Positions 25,476 to 35,837 of a DNA stretch of 64,000 bases are shown here, one piece after another (the first letter of the stretch is position 1; each line of letters starts with the position of its first letter). This stretch comes from a bacterium (GTDB lineage: Bacteria; RBG-13-66-14). The position numbers were made by a program, and so were the translations under genes. The stretch covers positions 10,024 through 74,023 of the forward strand of contig DATKYS010000137.1 of NCBI GenBank assembly GCA_035528375.1, in the 5' to 3' direction. The notes beneath the pieces were generated by a model. It did no database searches. It had not been told where the DNA came from and was given only the letters and a program-made list of their open reading frames with translations.

Positions 25476-26561
25476 TTACAGACCGGCCTCGTCCGCCAGG
25501 GCCACGACCAGGTCGGTGGTCCCCGGCACCACGGAGAGGCTCAGGGTGATCTTTTTCTCCTCGGGGTCCACGAGGCTGAGCGTGCCCGCCCGGTCCACCA
25601 CCACCAGGTTGCCGTCGGGGGCCACCGCCCCGTCCACTATCTCCGCGCCCCCGAGCCGGATGGCCTGAAGATCGAAGCTCACCAGAGGCTCGTTCAGGTA
25701 ACCCGTCCAGGTGGTGAAGACACTGTCCCTGGAGGTGAAGAGAATCTCCCCGCCGTCGGGGGTGAAGCCGACGAAGCGGACCGGGTCGGCCAGCTCCTCG
25801 GTGTAGGTCACCTCGGGATTCTCACCCAGAGCGATGAGGGAGACGTCGCCGTTGGCGCAGCCGACGGCCGCGTAATCTCCCCTCGGGGAAATCGCCACGC
25901 AGAGCGGCTCGGCTCCCAGGTTGACGTGCTGGCCGGTGGACTCCTCCAGGTTGCACACCGTCACCCGCTCGTAGATCGGCGTGTCGGTTATCCCCTGTTC
26001 GCGCCAGTCCACGAAGCGCTGCGCGTAGATGAACCACCGGGCGTCGGCGGAGACGGCGTAGGCGAAACTGTTCTGGGTGTCCGGGAGGTAGGCCAACTGA
26101 TCGAATTTGTAGCCGTCCACCTCGTAGCGGAAAACGCCGCCGAGTCCCGGGGCGTAGTAGTGCGCCGAATCGTGGGCGCTAAAAACAGGGTGAACGTAAG
26201 GAAGCCTCTTGACCGGGCTCCCCGTGAAAGGCCGGAGTACGTGGGTCTGTCCGTCGGAGCGGCAGGAAACGTAGAGGTACTCCAGGTCCGGGGTAAGTGA
26301 GAGGTGGGTCGGTGCCGCGTCGAGGTCGAAGCTGGTGAGAATCTCCCCGGTCGTCAGGTCCAGAACCTCGACCCGCTCGGCCTCCCCCGAGGCGACCCAT
26401 GCGAGCAGGTGTTCGGCGGCGATCGAAGCCGATGAGAGCAGGATGGCGACCCCTGCAATCCACACACGGCTGCGCACAACCCTCCCGGTTTTTCGCTTCG
26501 CGTTACTTCGTTTCTGCCGAAAGACCTTGGGCAGTATATTTGCGGCGGCATTCATTGTCAA
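25476..26561 (-). CDS. exported beta-propeller repeat protein (YVTN/YncE-like)
   Basis: N-terminal TM/signal VWIAGVAILLSSASIAA. Recurrent about 40-aa units (LEYLYVSCRSDGQTHVL, YAAVGCANGDVSLI, GNLVVVDRAGTLSLV). The start could be the ATG at 26555. Confidence 0.55.
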   Translation of the reverse strand: MTMNAAANILPKVFRQKRSNAKRKTGRVVRSRVWIAGVAILLSSASIAAEHLLAWVASGEAERVEVLDLTTGEILTSFDLDAAPTHLSLTPDLEYLYVSCRSDGQTHVLRPFTGSPVKRLPYVHPVFSAHDSAHYYAPGLGGVFRYEVDGYKFDQLAYLPDTQNSFAYAVSADARWFIYAQRFVDWREQGITDTPIYERVTVCNLEESTGQHVNLGAEPLCVAISPRGDYAAVGCANGDVSLIALGENPEVTYTEELADPVRFVGFTPDGGEILFTSRDSVFTTWTGYLNEPLVSFDLQAIRLGGAEIVDGAVAPDGNLVVVDRAGTLSLVDPEEKKITLSLSVVPGTTDLVVALADEAGL

Positions 26562-26675
26562 CCCCGGCGGGGATTCTATTCGTGAAAAAAATAGCGGAAT
26601 TCAACCGCCGCCCCATCACCCCCTTGACGAGTGAAAATCGGCTTGGGTAGGCCATTTTCCCTATCTGGGTTCCCC

Positions 26676-26704
26676 TTGACAGTCAACCGCCCCTCGCGTA
26701 CAAT
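26676..26704 (+). promoter_or_regulatory. sigma70-type promoter for the serine-pathway pair
   Basis: Consensus TTGACA-N17-TACAAT, 51 nt upstream of the ATG. Confidence 0.65.
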
Positions 26705-26755
26705 TGCCCCCGCTCTAGAACCGGCATTTCTACCTCTTTAAGTCCAGGAGGATCG

Positions 26756-27832
26756 ATGCACAAGAAGCTCTTCATCCCGGGCCCCGTCGAGGTAACCCCC
26801 GAGTCGCTCCACGATATGGCCGTACCTATGGTCGGGCACCGGTCCAAGGATTACGAGAAGATCCACGCCTTCTGCGTGGACAACGTGAAGAAGGTCCTCT
26901 ACACGGACAAGTTCATCTGGATCGGGACCTGCTCCTCCACCGGGCTTATGGAGGGGGCGATTCTCAACCTGTGCAAGAAAAAGATCCTCTCGGTCGTCGT
27001 CGGCGCCTTCAGCGACCGCTGGCACACCATCGCCGCGGCCAACGGCAAAGACAGCGAGCGTCTGGATTACGAATGGGGCAAGGCGGCCAAGCCCGAGGAC
27101 ATTGACAAAATGCTCGCCAAGGGCGGCTTCGACCTGGTGACCTTGGTCTTCAACGAGACCTCCACCGGGGTGATGTCCCCGCTGAAGGAAATTGCGGATG
27201 TGGTGAAAAAATACCCGGACGTGATCCTCGCCGTGGACGCGGTTTCCGGGATGGCTGCTGCCAAAGTCGAGGTGGACGCCTGGGGCATAGATTACATCCT
27301 GGCCGGCACCCAGAAGGCCTGGAGCCTGCCTCCGGGACTGGCCGTGGCCGCGGTGAGCGAGAAATGCTTCCAGCGCGCCGAGACGGTGGAGAATCGCGGC
27401 TTCTACTTCGATCTCCTCAGCGCCAGGGAGTACGCCGCCGGCAAGCGAACCAACCAAACCCCCTCGACCCCGGGCATCAGCCTGGTGTACGCCCTGGGCA
27501 AGCAGGCGGAGCGTTACTCCAAGGATCTGGAGGCCCACTGGGCCAAGCACGTCGAGATGGCCAAGCTCGTCCGTGGATGGGCCAAGAGCCGGGGATTCGA
27601 GCTCTTCCCCGAGCCCGGCTACGAGAGTCTGTCCCTCACCTGCATCACGAACACCAAGGGCATCTCCGTGGCCGACCTCAACTCCGAGCTGGGCAAGCGC
27701 GGATACTCGCTCTCCAACGGCTACGGCAAGCTCAAGGAGAAGACCTTCCGCATCGCCCACATGGGGACGATGACGCTGCCCGAGGTCCGTGACCTCCTGT
27801 TGAACGTGGACGACATCCTCGGTTTCAAATAG
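26756..27832 (+). CDS. class V PLP-dependent aminotransferase (serine-pyruvate / phosphoserine aminotransferase type)
   Basis: LFIPGPVEV start, VFNETSTGV, AVDAVSG and GTQKAW (Lys in the PLP-binding context) are typical of class V. It sits directly upstream of serA. Confidence 0.8.
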   Translation: MHKKLFIPGPVEVTPESLHDMAVPMVGHRSKDYEKIHAFCVDNVKKVLYTDKFIWIGTCSSTGLMEGAILNLCKKKILSVVVGAFSDRWHTIAAANGKDSERLDYEWGKAAKPEDIDKMLAKGGFDLVTLVFNETSTGVMSPLKEIADVVKKYPDVILAVDAVSGMAAAKVEVDAWGIDYILAGTQKAWSLPPGLAVAAVSEKCFQRAETVENRGFYFDLLSAREYAAGKRTNQTPSTPGISLVYALGKQAERYSKDLEAHWAKHVEMAKLVRGWAKSRGFELFPEPGYESLSLTCITNTKGISVADLNSELGKRGYSLSNGYGKLKEKTFRIAHMGTMTLPEVRDLLLNVDDILGFK

Positions 27833-27910
27833 GTTGAAGGGGTCGCCCCCTAGCGGGCGGCTTCCTCAGTACCCATCCCGAAGGGATTTTAGACTCCGAT
27901 TGGAGGAGCG

Positions 27911-28819
27911 ATGAAGGTTCTCATCTGCGATGCCGTGGCCGAGGACGCCGTCAAGATGATGCAGGACTTGGGCCACGAGGTGATCGTGAAGACCGGAATG
28001 ACCCCGGAGGAGCTGGTCGCCGAGGTGCCGAGCTACGAAGTCGCCATCGTCCGTTCGGCGACCAAGTTCCGCCAGCCCGCCATTGACGCCGGAACCAGCC
28101 TCAAGCTGATCATGCGCGGCGGGGTCGGTATAGACAACATAGACGCCGATTACGCCCGCGAGAAGGGCATCCTGGTCTGGAACACCCCGGCCGCCTCGAG
28201 CGCCGGCGTGGCCGAGCTGGCCGTCGGCCTCATGTTCGCCGTGAGCCGCCACATCTGCCGCGCCGATGTTTCCGTGAAGAAGGGCCAGTGGGAGAAGAAG
28301 CTCTTCAAGGGCAACGAGCTGGGCGGCAAGGTTCTGGGCATCATCGGTCTGGGGCGCATCGGTACCGAGGTCGCCAAACGCGCCAAGGGCCTGGGAATGA
28401 GCGTCATCGGTTTCGACCCCCTCGTCGAGGAGTGCGACTACGCCCGTATGGTGACCTTCGACAGGCTCCTGGCCGATTCCGACATCATCACCCTCCACCT
28501 GCCGCATACCAAGGACACCCACCACATCATCTCGGACCCCGAGTTCGCGAAGATGAAGGACGACGTGATTCTGATCAACGTCGCCCGAGGCGGAGTGGTC
28601 AACGAGGAGGCCCTTGTCCGGGCGCTCGAATCGGGCAAAGTGGGCCGGGCCGCCGTGGACGTCTTCGAGGTCGAACCGATGGACCCCAAGAACACGCTTA
28701 AGAAGTTCGACAACGTGATACTCACCCCCCACATCGGCGCCTCGAGCGTGGAGAGCCAGGGCCGCATCGGCTACGAGCTGGTGGACAAGCTGGAGCGCTT
28801 CGCCAAGGGCAATTACTAG
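27911..28819 (+). CDS. serA: D-3-phosphoglycerate dehydrogenase (short form, no ACT domain)
   Basis: 2-hydroxyacid dehydrogenase motifs GIIGLGRIGTEVA, LINVARGGVV and TPHIGAS. 302 aa. Confidence 0.8.
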   Translation: MKVLICDAVAEDAVKMMQDLGHEVIVKTGMTPEELVAEVPSYEVAIVRSATKFRQPAIDAGTSLKLIMRGGVGIDNIDADYAREKGILVWNTPAASSAGVAELAVGLMFAVSRHICRADVSVKKGQWEKKLFKGNELGGKVLGIIGLGRIGTEVAKRAKGLGMSVIGFDPLVEECDYARMVTFDRLLADSDIITLHLPHTKDTHHIISDPEFAKMKDDVILINVARGGVVNEEALVRALESGKVGRAAVDVFEVEPMDPKNTLKKFDNVILTPHIGASSVESQGRIGYELVDKLERFAKGNY

Positions 28820-28837
28820 AAGGCCCGTCACGAGCCA

Positions 28838-28862
28838 GGGCGGCCTCGGCCGCCCTTTTTTT
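28838..28862 (+). terminator. rho-independent terminator after serA
   Basis: GGGCGGCC-TC-GGCCGCCC followed by TTTTTTT. Confidence 0.85.
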
Positions 28863-28954
28863 GGGCTGACAAAAGGAGGATTTTGTTGTAATGTAAAAAG
28901 ATGCAGCGGGTTTTCGCCAATCCACGCCTTTGACACGCTCAACAGAGCGCTGCC

Positions 28955-30952
28955 ATGAGTGATGTACTCAAGCGATTCGAAGAGGCCCTGGTCCGCCTGG
29001 GGAGCCTGAACGGGCTCCCCCCGCCGGCCTTCCCCACGTGCCTCGGGGGGACCGGGGCGCTGGAACATCTTCTCGCGGCCCTGGAGGAGGCGTCCGCGGG
29101 ACGCTGGAACGCCGTGGTGGACGCGATTCGCAGCGCGGACAAGGCTTCCGATACCGACGCCCGGCGGGCGCACGTGTACAAGGCCGCCGGGTTGCTCCGG
29201 TATCTGCGCGGGGACTGGGAGGGGGCGGCGGAGGCTTACGCGGACGCCCTCGCCCGCGCCGAGTCCGCGGCGGACGAGACGGCCGAGCTCGAGTCCCTTG
29301 CCGGCCTCGGCAATAGCGAGCTGAAACGCGCGAATACGGAGCGGGCCGAGGATCTCTTCCACCGGGGACTGGAGCGGGCCGCCGATTCCGGACGGCGGGA
29401 CCTCGCCGGAACTTTCCTCGCAGGTCTGGGGCGCGTCTGCCGGGTGCGGGGGGACTCCGACGGGGCCCTCGGGCGTTTTTCCGAGGCGCGGGAGGTATTC
29501 AAAGAAATAGACGACGGGCTCCACGAGGTCGCGATGCTCGTCGAGCAAGGTGCGGAGTACCGCACGAAGGGCGACTACGCCCGGGCGGTGGAGATTCTCG
29601 ATTCTGCGCTCGGACTGAGCGCCGGTCAGCCGGTTGCGATGGCGAAATCGCTCGTCGAGATGGGCCGGGTCCACGTCCGCACGTGCGACTACGAGGCGGC
29701 GAAGCAGGTCTTCCAGCGGGCCAGGGACATCGCCGAAGAGATCGGTGATCAGCGGCTCGTCTCCAGCGTTTACAACAATCTGGGCAACGTGCACTTCTAC
29801 GAGTGTGACTACTCCTCCTCGATTCAGGCCTACGAGAAGGCGCTGGCCATCAACCGGCGCCTGGGCGACCAGGCCGTGACGAGCCACATCATCCACAACC
29901 TCGGCTCGGTTTTTTTCCGCAAGGGCGATTACCCCGCCGCGCTGCGGGCCTACGAGCAGGCGCTGGAGCTCGAGCGCCGGCAGGGGAACACGACGGCGGC
30001 GGCCCGTTGCCTGGGCAACGTGGGCATCATCCGACGGGTGCGCTGCGAGTTCGGGGAGAGCATCGCGGCCTACCGCGAGGCCCTGCAAATAGACATCGAA
30101 CGCGACGACGTGTTCGGCCAGTCGGTCACGATGTCCAACCTTTCGAGCGTGTACCTCGAGATTGGGGGATTCGACGAGGCCGGGGAACTGCTTGAGAAGA
30201 CCCTGGAACTAAACCGGCGCTCCGGCATCCCCGTGACCGAGGCCCACTGTCGGGGGAACCTCGGGCTGCTCGAGTTCTACCGGGGGGACTTCGACCGGGC
30301 GGAGGAGCTCTTGAGCGAGGCGCTCCGGATTCACGCCGGGATCAAGAACCACTTCCTCGAGGCCTGGACCCTGAACTCCCTCGGGCGGGTGGCGTGTGAG
30401 CGTGGCGACGACGGGACGGCCCTGGAGCATTTCACCCGCGCCCTGGACCTGCACCGACGGCTGGACCACCGGGAGGGGCAGGCGGAGTCCATGTCCAACC
30501 GGGGGCTGGTCCTTTCACGCCTGGGGAGGTGGGGCGGGGCTCTCGCCGACCTGAAGGGGGCGGCCCACATCGCCGAGGGGATACAGAACCCCGTCCAGGA
30601 GGCCCGGGTGATGTGTCGGCTGGGCGAGGTGCTGGTGGCCAACGACGACTACGTCACGGCTCACCCACTGCTGATGCGCTCCTACCGGGTTTTTCACCGG
30701 TACGGCGTCCCCCTCGAGCGCACCGAGGCGCTGGGGCTTTTGGGTCGGCTGGCGCGGGGGCTGGGACATGGGGAGCTGGCCTGCGCCTATCTCCGGGCCG
30801 CGGTGGAGGGTTACACTTCCCTGGGTGCGCTGCCGGGGCGCATCGTCCGGCTGAATGGGCTTCTCGCCGAGTGCGGCGCGGGGATTGATTCCAAGGAAGT
30901 CCCCGACCTCGACCTGGACACACCCCCGGAGATTCCGCTCGCGTCCGGGTGA
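28955..30952 (+). CDS. large multi-TPR repeat protein
   Basis: More than 12 consecutive 40-aa units of the type N.GNV....GDY..A...YE.AL.I.RR.GD. Confidence 0.75.
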   Translation: MSDVLKRFEEALVRLGSLNGLPPPAFPTCLGGTGALEHLLAALEEASAGRWNAVVDAIRSADKASDTDARRAHVYKAAGLLRYLRGDWEGAAEAYADALARAESAADETAELESLAGLGNSELKRANTERAEDLFHRGLERAADSGRRDLAGTFLAGLGRVCRVRGDSDGALGRFSEAREVFKEIDDGLHEVAMLVEQGAEYRTKGDYARAVEILDSALGLSAGQPVAMAKSLVEMGRVHVRTCDYEAAKQVFQRARDIAEEIGDQRLVSSVYNNLGNVHFYECDYSSSIQAYEKALAINRRLGDQAVTSHIIHNLGSVFFRKGDYPAALRAYEQALELERRQGNTTAAARCLGNVGIIRRVRCEFGESIAAYREALQIDIERDDVFGQSVTMSNLSSVYLEIGGFDEAGELLEKTLELNRRSGIPVTEAHCRGNLGLLEFYRGDFDRAEELLSEALRIHAGIKNHFLEAWTLNSLGRVACERGDDGTALEHFTRALDLHRRLDHREGQAESMSNRGLVLSRLGRWGGALADLKGAAHIAEGIQNPVQEARVMCRLGEVLVANDDYVTAHPLLMRSYRVFHRYGVPLERTEALGLLGRLARGLGHGELACAYLRAAVEGYTSLGALPGRIVRLNGLLAECGAGIDSKEVPDLDLDTPPEIPLASG

Positions 30953-30990
30953 AATACGCGCCGGTCCGGGGGGATTGACGGGCCCCTTGG

Positions 30991-31019
30991 TTGACAGGCG
31001 CCGGCGGGGCGGATAGAAT
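30991..31019 (+). promoter_or_regulatory. sigma70-type promoter for glnA
   Basis: TTGACA-N17-TAGAAT, 57 nt upstream of the ATG. Confidence 0.6.
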
Positions 31020-31076
31020 CCACTTAACTGACAAAGAGCGGGCGTTCCCTTTTTTTACCCCCACGGGGAGACGGTC

Positions 31077-32567
31077 ATGTACAAGTTCGACTTCAACCAC
31101 GAGACCACGGCCGAGGAAATCAAAAGCCGCTTCGAGGAGGAGGAAATCACCACGGTGGACCTGAAGTACGTGGACCTCCCCGGCCGCTGGCACCACGTGA
31201 CCCTCCCGGTGGAGTTTTTGGACGAGAAGGTCTTCACCCGGGGGGTGGGCTTCGACGGCTCGGCCATCGCCGGCTTCCAGCGCAAAGTCACCGGCGGGGA
31301 CATGGTGCTCATCCCGGACAAGACCACGGCGATGGAGGACGTCTTCTGGGAGGAGCCGTGCGTTAGCTTCATCTGCGACTGCTGCACCGCCGGGACCGGC
31401 GAGCCCTTCTCCGGCGATCCCCGGCAGGTCGCCAAGCGGGCTCTGGCCTACGTCCGCAGTTTCCTGAAGAAGAACAAGCTGGCCGGGGAAGCCGGCGCCG
31501 CCGACGCCCTCTTCTCCCCCGAGTTCGAGTTCTTCATCTTCGACAAGGTCGTCTTCACCAAGCGCGACAACGCCCTGGGCTACGAGTTCGACTGCGACGA
31601 GGCCGATTGGAACTACGGCCCCTCGGAGCACGGGAACCTGGGATACCAGATCAAGCACCAGGACGGCTACCACGCCGTCAACCCCCGGGACAAGACCCAC
31701 GACCTGCGCACCGAGGTGATGCGGCTCTTGACCGAGATGGACATCCCGGTGAAGTACCACCACCACGAGGTGGGTGGTCCGGGGCAGCAGGAGATAGAGG
31801 TCCTCTTCAACGACCTCGCGCGCACGGCCGACAACGGGATGTGGATCAAGTACGTGATACAGAACCTGGCCGTCCTCGCCGGGAAAACCGCCACCTTCAT
31901 GCCCAAGCCCATCTACGGGGTCAACGGGTCTGGGATGCACTTCCACCAGTACCTCTGCCGGGGCGACGGGGAATCCGCCTTCGCCGGGGACGACGAGACG
32001 GGTCTCAACCGTCTGGCGCGGGCCTACACGGCGGGTGTGCTCAAGCACGCCCGGAGCCTGGCCGCCCTGTGCTGCGCCAGTACCAATTCATACAAGCGGC
32101 TGGTGGAGGGCTACGAGGCGCCGGTGTGGCTCTTCTACGCCATGGCCAACCGGGAGGCGGCGGTGCGCGTCCCGGCCTACGCGTCGCCCGAAAAGCGGCG
32201 GATAGAGTTCCGCCCCTCCGACGCCACCGGCAACATCTACCTCTCCCTGGCCGCGCAACTTTTAGCCGGGCTGGACGGCATCAAGGACGCCCTGGATCCA
32301 GCCGAGCTGGGCTACGGACCGTTCGGTCCCGAGGGCATGGGCCGGATGAGCGGCCTGGTCGGGCCCGAGCGCAAGAAGCACCTCATGCCCCGCGACTTCG
32401 TCCAGGCGCTCCACTCCCTGGAGAACGACCACGCGTACCTCAAGGCCGGGGGGGTGTTCGATGAGGAGCTCATCGCCGCCTACCTCGCCTACAAGCGGGA
32501 GAACGAGATAAATAGAATCGTCAACCGCCCGCACCCCTACGAGATTTTCCTGTACTACGACCTGTAG
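31077..32567 (+). CDS. glnA: glutamine synthetase, type I
   Basis: FDGSAIAGF, HHHEVGGPGQQEI, KPIYGVNGSGMHFHQ and NSYKRLVEGYEAP motifs. Confidence 0.95.
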   Translation: MYKFDFNHETTAEEIKSRFEEEEITTVDLKYVDLPGRWHHVTLPVEFLDEKVFTRGVGFDGSAIAGFQRKVTGGDMVLIPDKTTAMEDVFWEEPCVSFICDCCTAGTGEPFSGDPRQVAKRALAYVRSFLKKNKLAGEAGAADALFSPEFEFFIFDKVVFTKRDNALGYEFDCDEADWNYGPSEHGNLGYQIKHQDGYHAVNPRDKTHDLRTEVMRLLTEMDIPVKYHHHEVGGPGQQEIEVLFNDLARTADNGMWIKYVIQNLAVLAGKTATFMPKPIYGVNGSGMHFHQYLCRGDGESAFAGDDETGLNRLARAYTAGVLKHARSLAALCCASTNSYKRLVEGYEAPVWLFYAMANREAAVRVPAYASPEKRRIEFRPSDATGNIYLSLAAQLLAGLDGIKDALDPAELGYGPFGPEGMGRMSGLVGPERKKHLMPRDFVQALHSLENDHAYLKAGGVFDEELIAAYLAYKRENEINRIVNRPHPYEIFLYYDL

Positions 32568-32584
32568 TTTTTGGTTGTGTAAAA

Positions 32585-32885
32585 AGCGGCGGGGACTGAA
32601 GTCCCCGCCCTACGTTTAGTTCAACGGAGGTTGACACAATCACGGGCGGGTGTGGACACCCGCCCCTACGGCCGATAGACCGTCGTTGGCGTAGGACGGC
32701 GATTTTGTGTGCCTCCACGGTTTCCCTCTCCCTGTGGGAGAGGGGTAGGGGTGAGGGCTACATCAGGAAAAACGGCGGGGTTGGGAAACCCCGCCCTATG
32801 GGATGTAATTTAATCGCGCGTCACCCTCGTAGGAGCCGACCTTTAGGTCGGCCCGAGGGCGGGTCTGAAGACTAGCCCCTACATC
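32585..32885. repeat. REP-like cluster D (five hairpins plus one inverted GGGAGAGG module)
   Basis: Contains GGCGGGGACTGAAGTCCCCGCCCTAC, GGGCGGGTGTGGACACCCGCCCCTAC, CCCTCTCCCTGTGGGAGAGGGGTAGGGGTGAGGG, GGCGGGGTTGGGAAACCCCGCCCTAT, GTAGGAGCCGACCTTTAGGTCGGCCC and GGGCGGGTCTGAAGACTAGCCCCTAC. Confidence 0.8.
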
Positions 32886-32953
32886 AGAGCAATCCGGACC
32901 CCCCGCCGTGTTATAATGCCAACGTCTTTTTAAGCGGGTTTTGGGAGGCTCGT

Positions 32954-34198
32954 ATGGACCGCGCAATCGACTACGAACGGGTGAGGGGGAGCCGGGTCCT
33001 CCTGGGCGTGACCGGAGGGATCGCGGTCTACAAGGCGTGCGAGCTGGCGCGCGAGTTCGTCCGGCACGGCGTCGAGGTGGACACCGTCCTGACGGCCAAC
33101 GCGGCCCGGTTCGTAACGCCGCTGACCTTTTCCTCACTCACCGGCCGGCCGGCCCTGGTCGAGATGTTCTCCTCCTCGGGCGAGCCCGAGTACCGCCACC
33201 TGGACCTGGCCCGGGAGGCGGACCTCTGCGTCGTCGCCCCGGCCACGGCCAACCTTCTCGGCAAGCTCTACTCCGGTGTGGCCGACGACCTGCTCACCAC
33301 CACCCTGTTGGCGGTGAAGTGCCCCGTCCTCATCGCCCCGGCGATGAACACCCGCCTGTGGACGAACTCCCAGGTGGTGCGCAACGTGCGGGAGCTCAAG
33401 GTACTGGGCTATCATTTCGTGGACCCGGTGGAGGGCGATCTGGCCTGCGGCGAGGAGGGAGTCGGGCGGCTGGCGCCCATCGAGACTATCTCCATGCGCG
33501 CCCTGGAGCTTTTGTCCCAGACCCAGGACCTGGAAGGCTTCAACGTGCTGGTCACGGCCGGGGCCACGCGGGAGGCGCTCGACCCGGTGCGGTTCATCTC
33601 CAACCCGGCCTCGGGGAAGATGGGGTTCGCCCTCGCCGAGGCTGCGCGGCTGCGCGGGGGGAAGGTGGCCCTCGTCTCCGGCCCGACCTCACTGACGCCG
33701 CCCGCCGGGGTCCGCTTCCACCAGGTGACCACCGCCGTGGAGATGCTCGATGCGGTAGAGCGGAGCTACCCGGACTGTCACATCTTCATCTCCGCCGCCG
33801 CGGTGAGCGACTACGCCCCCGAGATTGTCGCCGGCGAGAAGATAAAGAAGGGTGATAAAGATATCAGCGTCAAGCTCAAGCCGGCCCCGGACATCCTCCT
33901 ATCCTTTAGCGAGAGGAAGGGCAGGCGCGTCCACGTGGGGTTCGCCATGGAGACCAGCGACCTGGTCTCCAACGCCACCGCCAAGCTGGAGGAGAAGAAC
34001 CTGGACCTCATCGTGGCCAACGACATCACCGTGGAGGGCGCCGGCTTCGCCGTGGACACCAACGTGGTGACCGTCATAGACTCTAAGGGCGCCGTGGAGA
34101 CCTACCCCAAGATGTCCAAGCGGACCCTGGCCTACATCATCATTGACCGGGTGGTGGAGTTGGTCCAGGAACGGCTGCAGTTATCGAGCAAGCCCTAA
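32954..34198 (+). CDS. coaBC: bifunctional phosphopantothenoylcysteine decarboxylase / phosphopantothenate-cysteine ligase
   Basis: Flavoprotein N-domain (VLLGVTGGIAVYKA, VVAPATANLLGKL, APAMNTRLW). CoaB C-domain (VLVTAGATREALDPVRFISNPASGKMG, AAAVSDY). Confidence 0.95.
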   Translation: MDRAIDYERVRGSRVLLGVTGGIAVYKACELAREFVRHGVEVDTVLTANAARFVTPLTFSSLTGRPALVEMFSSSGEPEYRHLDLAREADLCVVAPATANLLGKLYSGVADDLLTTTLLAVKCPVLIAPAMNTRLWTNSQVVRNVRELKVLGYHFVDPVEGDLACGEEGVGRLAPIETISMRALELLSQTQDLEGFNVLVTAGATREALDPVRFISNPASGKMGFALAEAARLRGGKVALVSGPTSLTPPAGVRFHQVTTAVEMLDAVERSYPDCHIFISAAAVSDYAPEIVAGEKIKKGDKDISVKLKPAPDILLSFSERKGRRVHVGFAMETSDLVSNATAKLEEKNLDLIVANDITVEGAGFAVDTNVVTVIDSKGAVETYPKMSKRTLAYIIIDRVVELVQERLQLSSKP

Positions 34199-34202
34199 AC
34201 CG

Positions 34203-34982
34203 GTGGGCGGCGGTGGCTCACTCCTGGCGGAGCAGCTTGCCCTCTGGGCGAGGGTGGGTCTGGTGTACCTCCCCCGGCCCGTCCCCGCGCCGTCGGTGGA
34301 AACCCCCGAGCCGGCCGCGAAACCGGAAAAAACCATTCCTAAAAGCGACGACGGTGTGATGCCTTTGACCGCCCTGCCGCCCGAGGGCGACCTCTTTGCC
34401 GAGAAGCCCGGGACATGGCCCGACCTGGCGGCCTGTGAGGCCGACGCCGCCGGATGCACCAAGTGCGAGCTCTCCCGGACCCGCAACAGCGTGGTTTTCG
34501 GCGAGGGGGCGCCCGACGCGCGGCTGATGTTCATCGGCGAGGCTCCGGGGGCGGACGAGGATGCCCAGGGCCGTCCCTTCGTAGGGCGGGCCGGGAAGCT
34601 CCTGGACAAGATGATCGCGGCGATGGGCCTGGCGCGGGGTGAGGTTTACATCGCCAACATCCTCAAGTGCCGGCCGCCGGGCAACCGGGACCCGCTGCCC
34701 GCCGAGGCGGCCGCCTGTCGTCCCTACCTGGAGGCCCAGATAAACCTCATCGCGCCGGAGTTCATCTGCTGCCTGGGCCGACACGCCGCCATCCGCCTCC
34801 TGGGCCGCGACGAGCCCATCTCCCGGCTCCGGGGCGCCATCCACCGATACAACGAGCGCACCCGGGTCATCGTCACCTACCACCCGGCCTACTGCCTGCG
34901 CAACCCGGACTCCAAGCGCGACGTTTGGCAGGACCTGCAGGTCGTCATGGGTGAGCTGGGGCTCGAACCCCCGCGACGCTAG
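34203..34982 (+). CDS. udg: uracil-DNA glycosylase, family 4
   Basis: CTKCELSRTRNSVVFGEGAPDARLMFIGEAPGADEDAQGRPFVGRAGKLL and HPAYCLRNP. The GTG start 5 nt after the coaBC stop is my choice; the track ORF begins at 34143. Confidence 0.8.
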   Translation: MGGGGSLLAEQLALWARVGLVYLPRPVPAPSVETPEPAAKPEKTIPKSDDGVMPLTALPPEGDLFAEKPGTWPDLAACEADAAGCTKCELSRTRNSVVFGEGAPDARLMFIGEAPGADEDAQGRPFVGRAGKLLDKMIAAMGLARGEVYIANILKCRPPGNRDPLPAEAAACRPYLEAQINLIAPEFICCLGRHAAIRLLGRDEPISRLRGAIHRYNERTRVIVTYHPAYCLRNPDSKRDVWQDLQVVMGELGLEPPRR

Positions 34983-34991
34983 GGTAATTTA

Positions 34992-35837
34992 ATGGAACCA
35001 CTGAGCGTGTTCAACGTCGGTACGGTGGAGCTGGGTCGGGAACTGGTCTTCATCGCCGGCCCCTGCGTCATCGAGGACCGCGACTCGACCCTGCGGGTGG
35101 CGGAGCGTCTCGCCGACCTGGCGATGGAGCGCGGCTGCGGCCTCATTTTTAAATCCAGCTACGACAAGGCGAACCGGACCGGCGGGGAGAGCTTCCGCGG
35201 CCCAGGCCTGGAAGAGGGGTTGCGCGTGCTCGTCGAGGTCCGGGAGGCGATCGGCCTGCCGGTGCTCACCGACGTCCACTCCCCCGAGGAGGCCCGGGCG
35301 GCGGGGGAGGTCGTGGACTGCCTCCAGGTGCCGGCCTTCCTCTGCCGCCAGACCGACCTCGTCACCGCCTGCGCCCTTACGGGCAAACCGGTGAACGTGA
35401 AGAAAGGGCAGTTTCTCGCTCCCGACGACACACGGCACATCGTGGCCAAGCTGACGTCGGCGGGTTGCGACCGGATCATCCTCACCGAGCGCGGCTACGC
35501 CTTCGGCTATCATGACCTGGTGGTGGACCTGCGTTCGCTGGCGGTGATGCGGGAGATCGGAGCCCTGGTCTGCTACGACGCGACGCATTCGCTGCAGCAG
35601 CCGGGCGGGGCGTCGGGTCAGACCGGCGGCCTGCGCGCGTTCGTGCCGCCGCTGGCCCGGGCCGCCGCGGCCTTCGGCGTGGATGCTCTTTTCGCCGAGA
35701 CGCATCCCGACCCTCCCCGGGCGAAGTCCGATCCGGCCACCGTCTGGCCCCTGAACAGCTTCGGGCGGTTGATGGATCAGATATTGGCGGTGGACGGTCT
35801 GCGGCGCGAACTGGGAAAGCTGGGTCCCGATGTTTGA
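34992..35837 (+). CDS. kdsA: 3-deoxy-8-phosphooctulonate synthase
   Basis: FIAGPCVIE, FKSSYDKANR, VKKGQF and DATHSLQ motifs. Confidence 0.95.
   Translation: MEPLSVFNVGTVELGRELVFIAGPCVIEDRDSTLRVAERLADLAMERGCGLIFKSSYDKANRTGGESFRGPGLEEGLRVLVEVREAIGLPVLTDVHSPEEARAAGEVVDCLQVPAFLCRQTDLVTACALTGKPVNVKKGQFLAPDDTRHIVAKLTSAGCDRIILTERGYAFGYHDLVVDLRSLAVMREIGALVCYDATHSLQQPGGASGQTGGLRAFVPPLARAAAAFGVDALFAETHPDPPRAKSDPATVWPLNSFGRLMDQILAVDGLRRELGKLGPDV

Noticed and set aside
27866-30088. 740-aa minus-strand ORF, and similar long antisense ORFs (10435..11751, 16811..18424, 19809..21341, 21396..22946, 23394..24944, 26738..27760, 30654..32048, 43912..45327, 46804..48108, 53419..54435, 54811..55911, 56926..58068, 59834..60769, 61856..62968)
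   Set aside because: Each lies opposite a gene with strong family motifs (serA, ntrC-type, htrA, ppdK, gdhA, glnA, PBP1A and others). Each has the biased composition of non-coding frames in GC-rich genomes.
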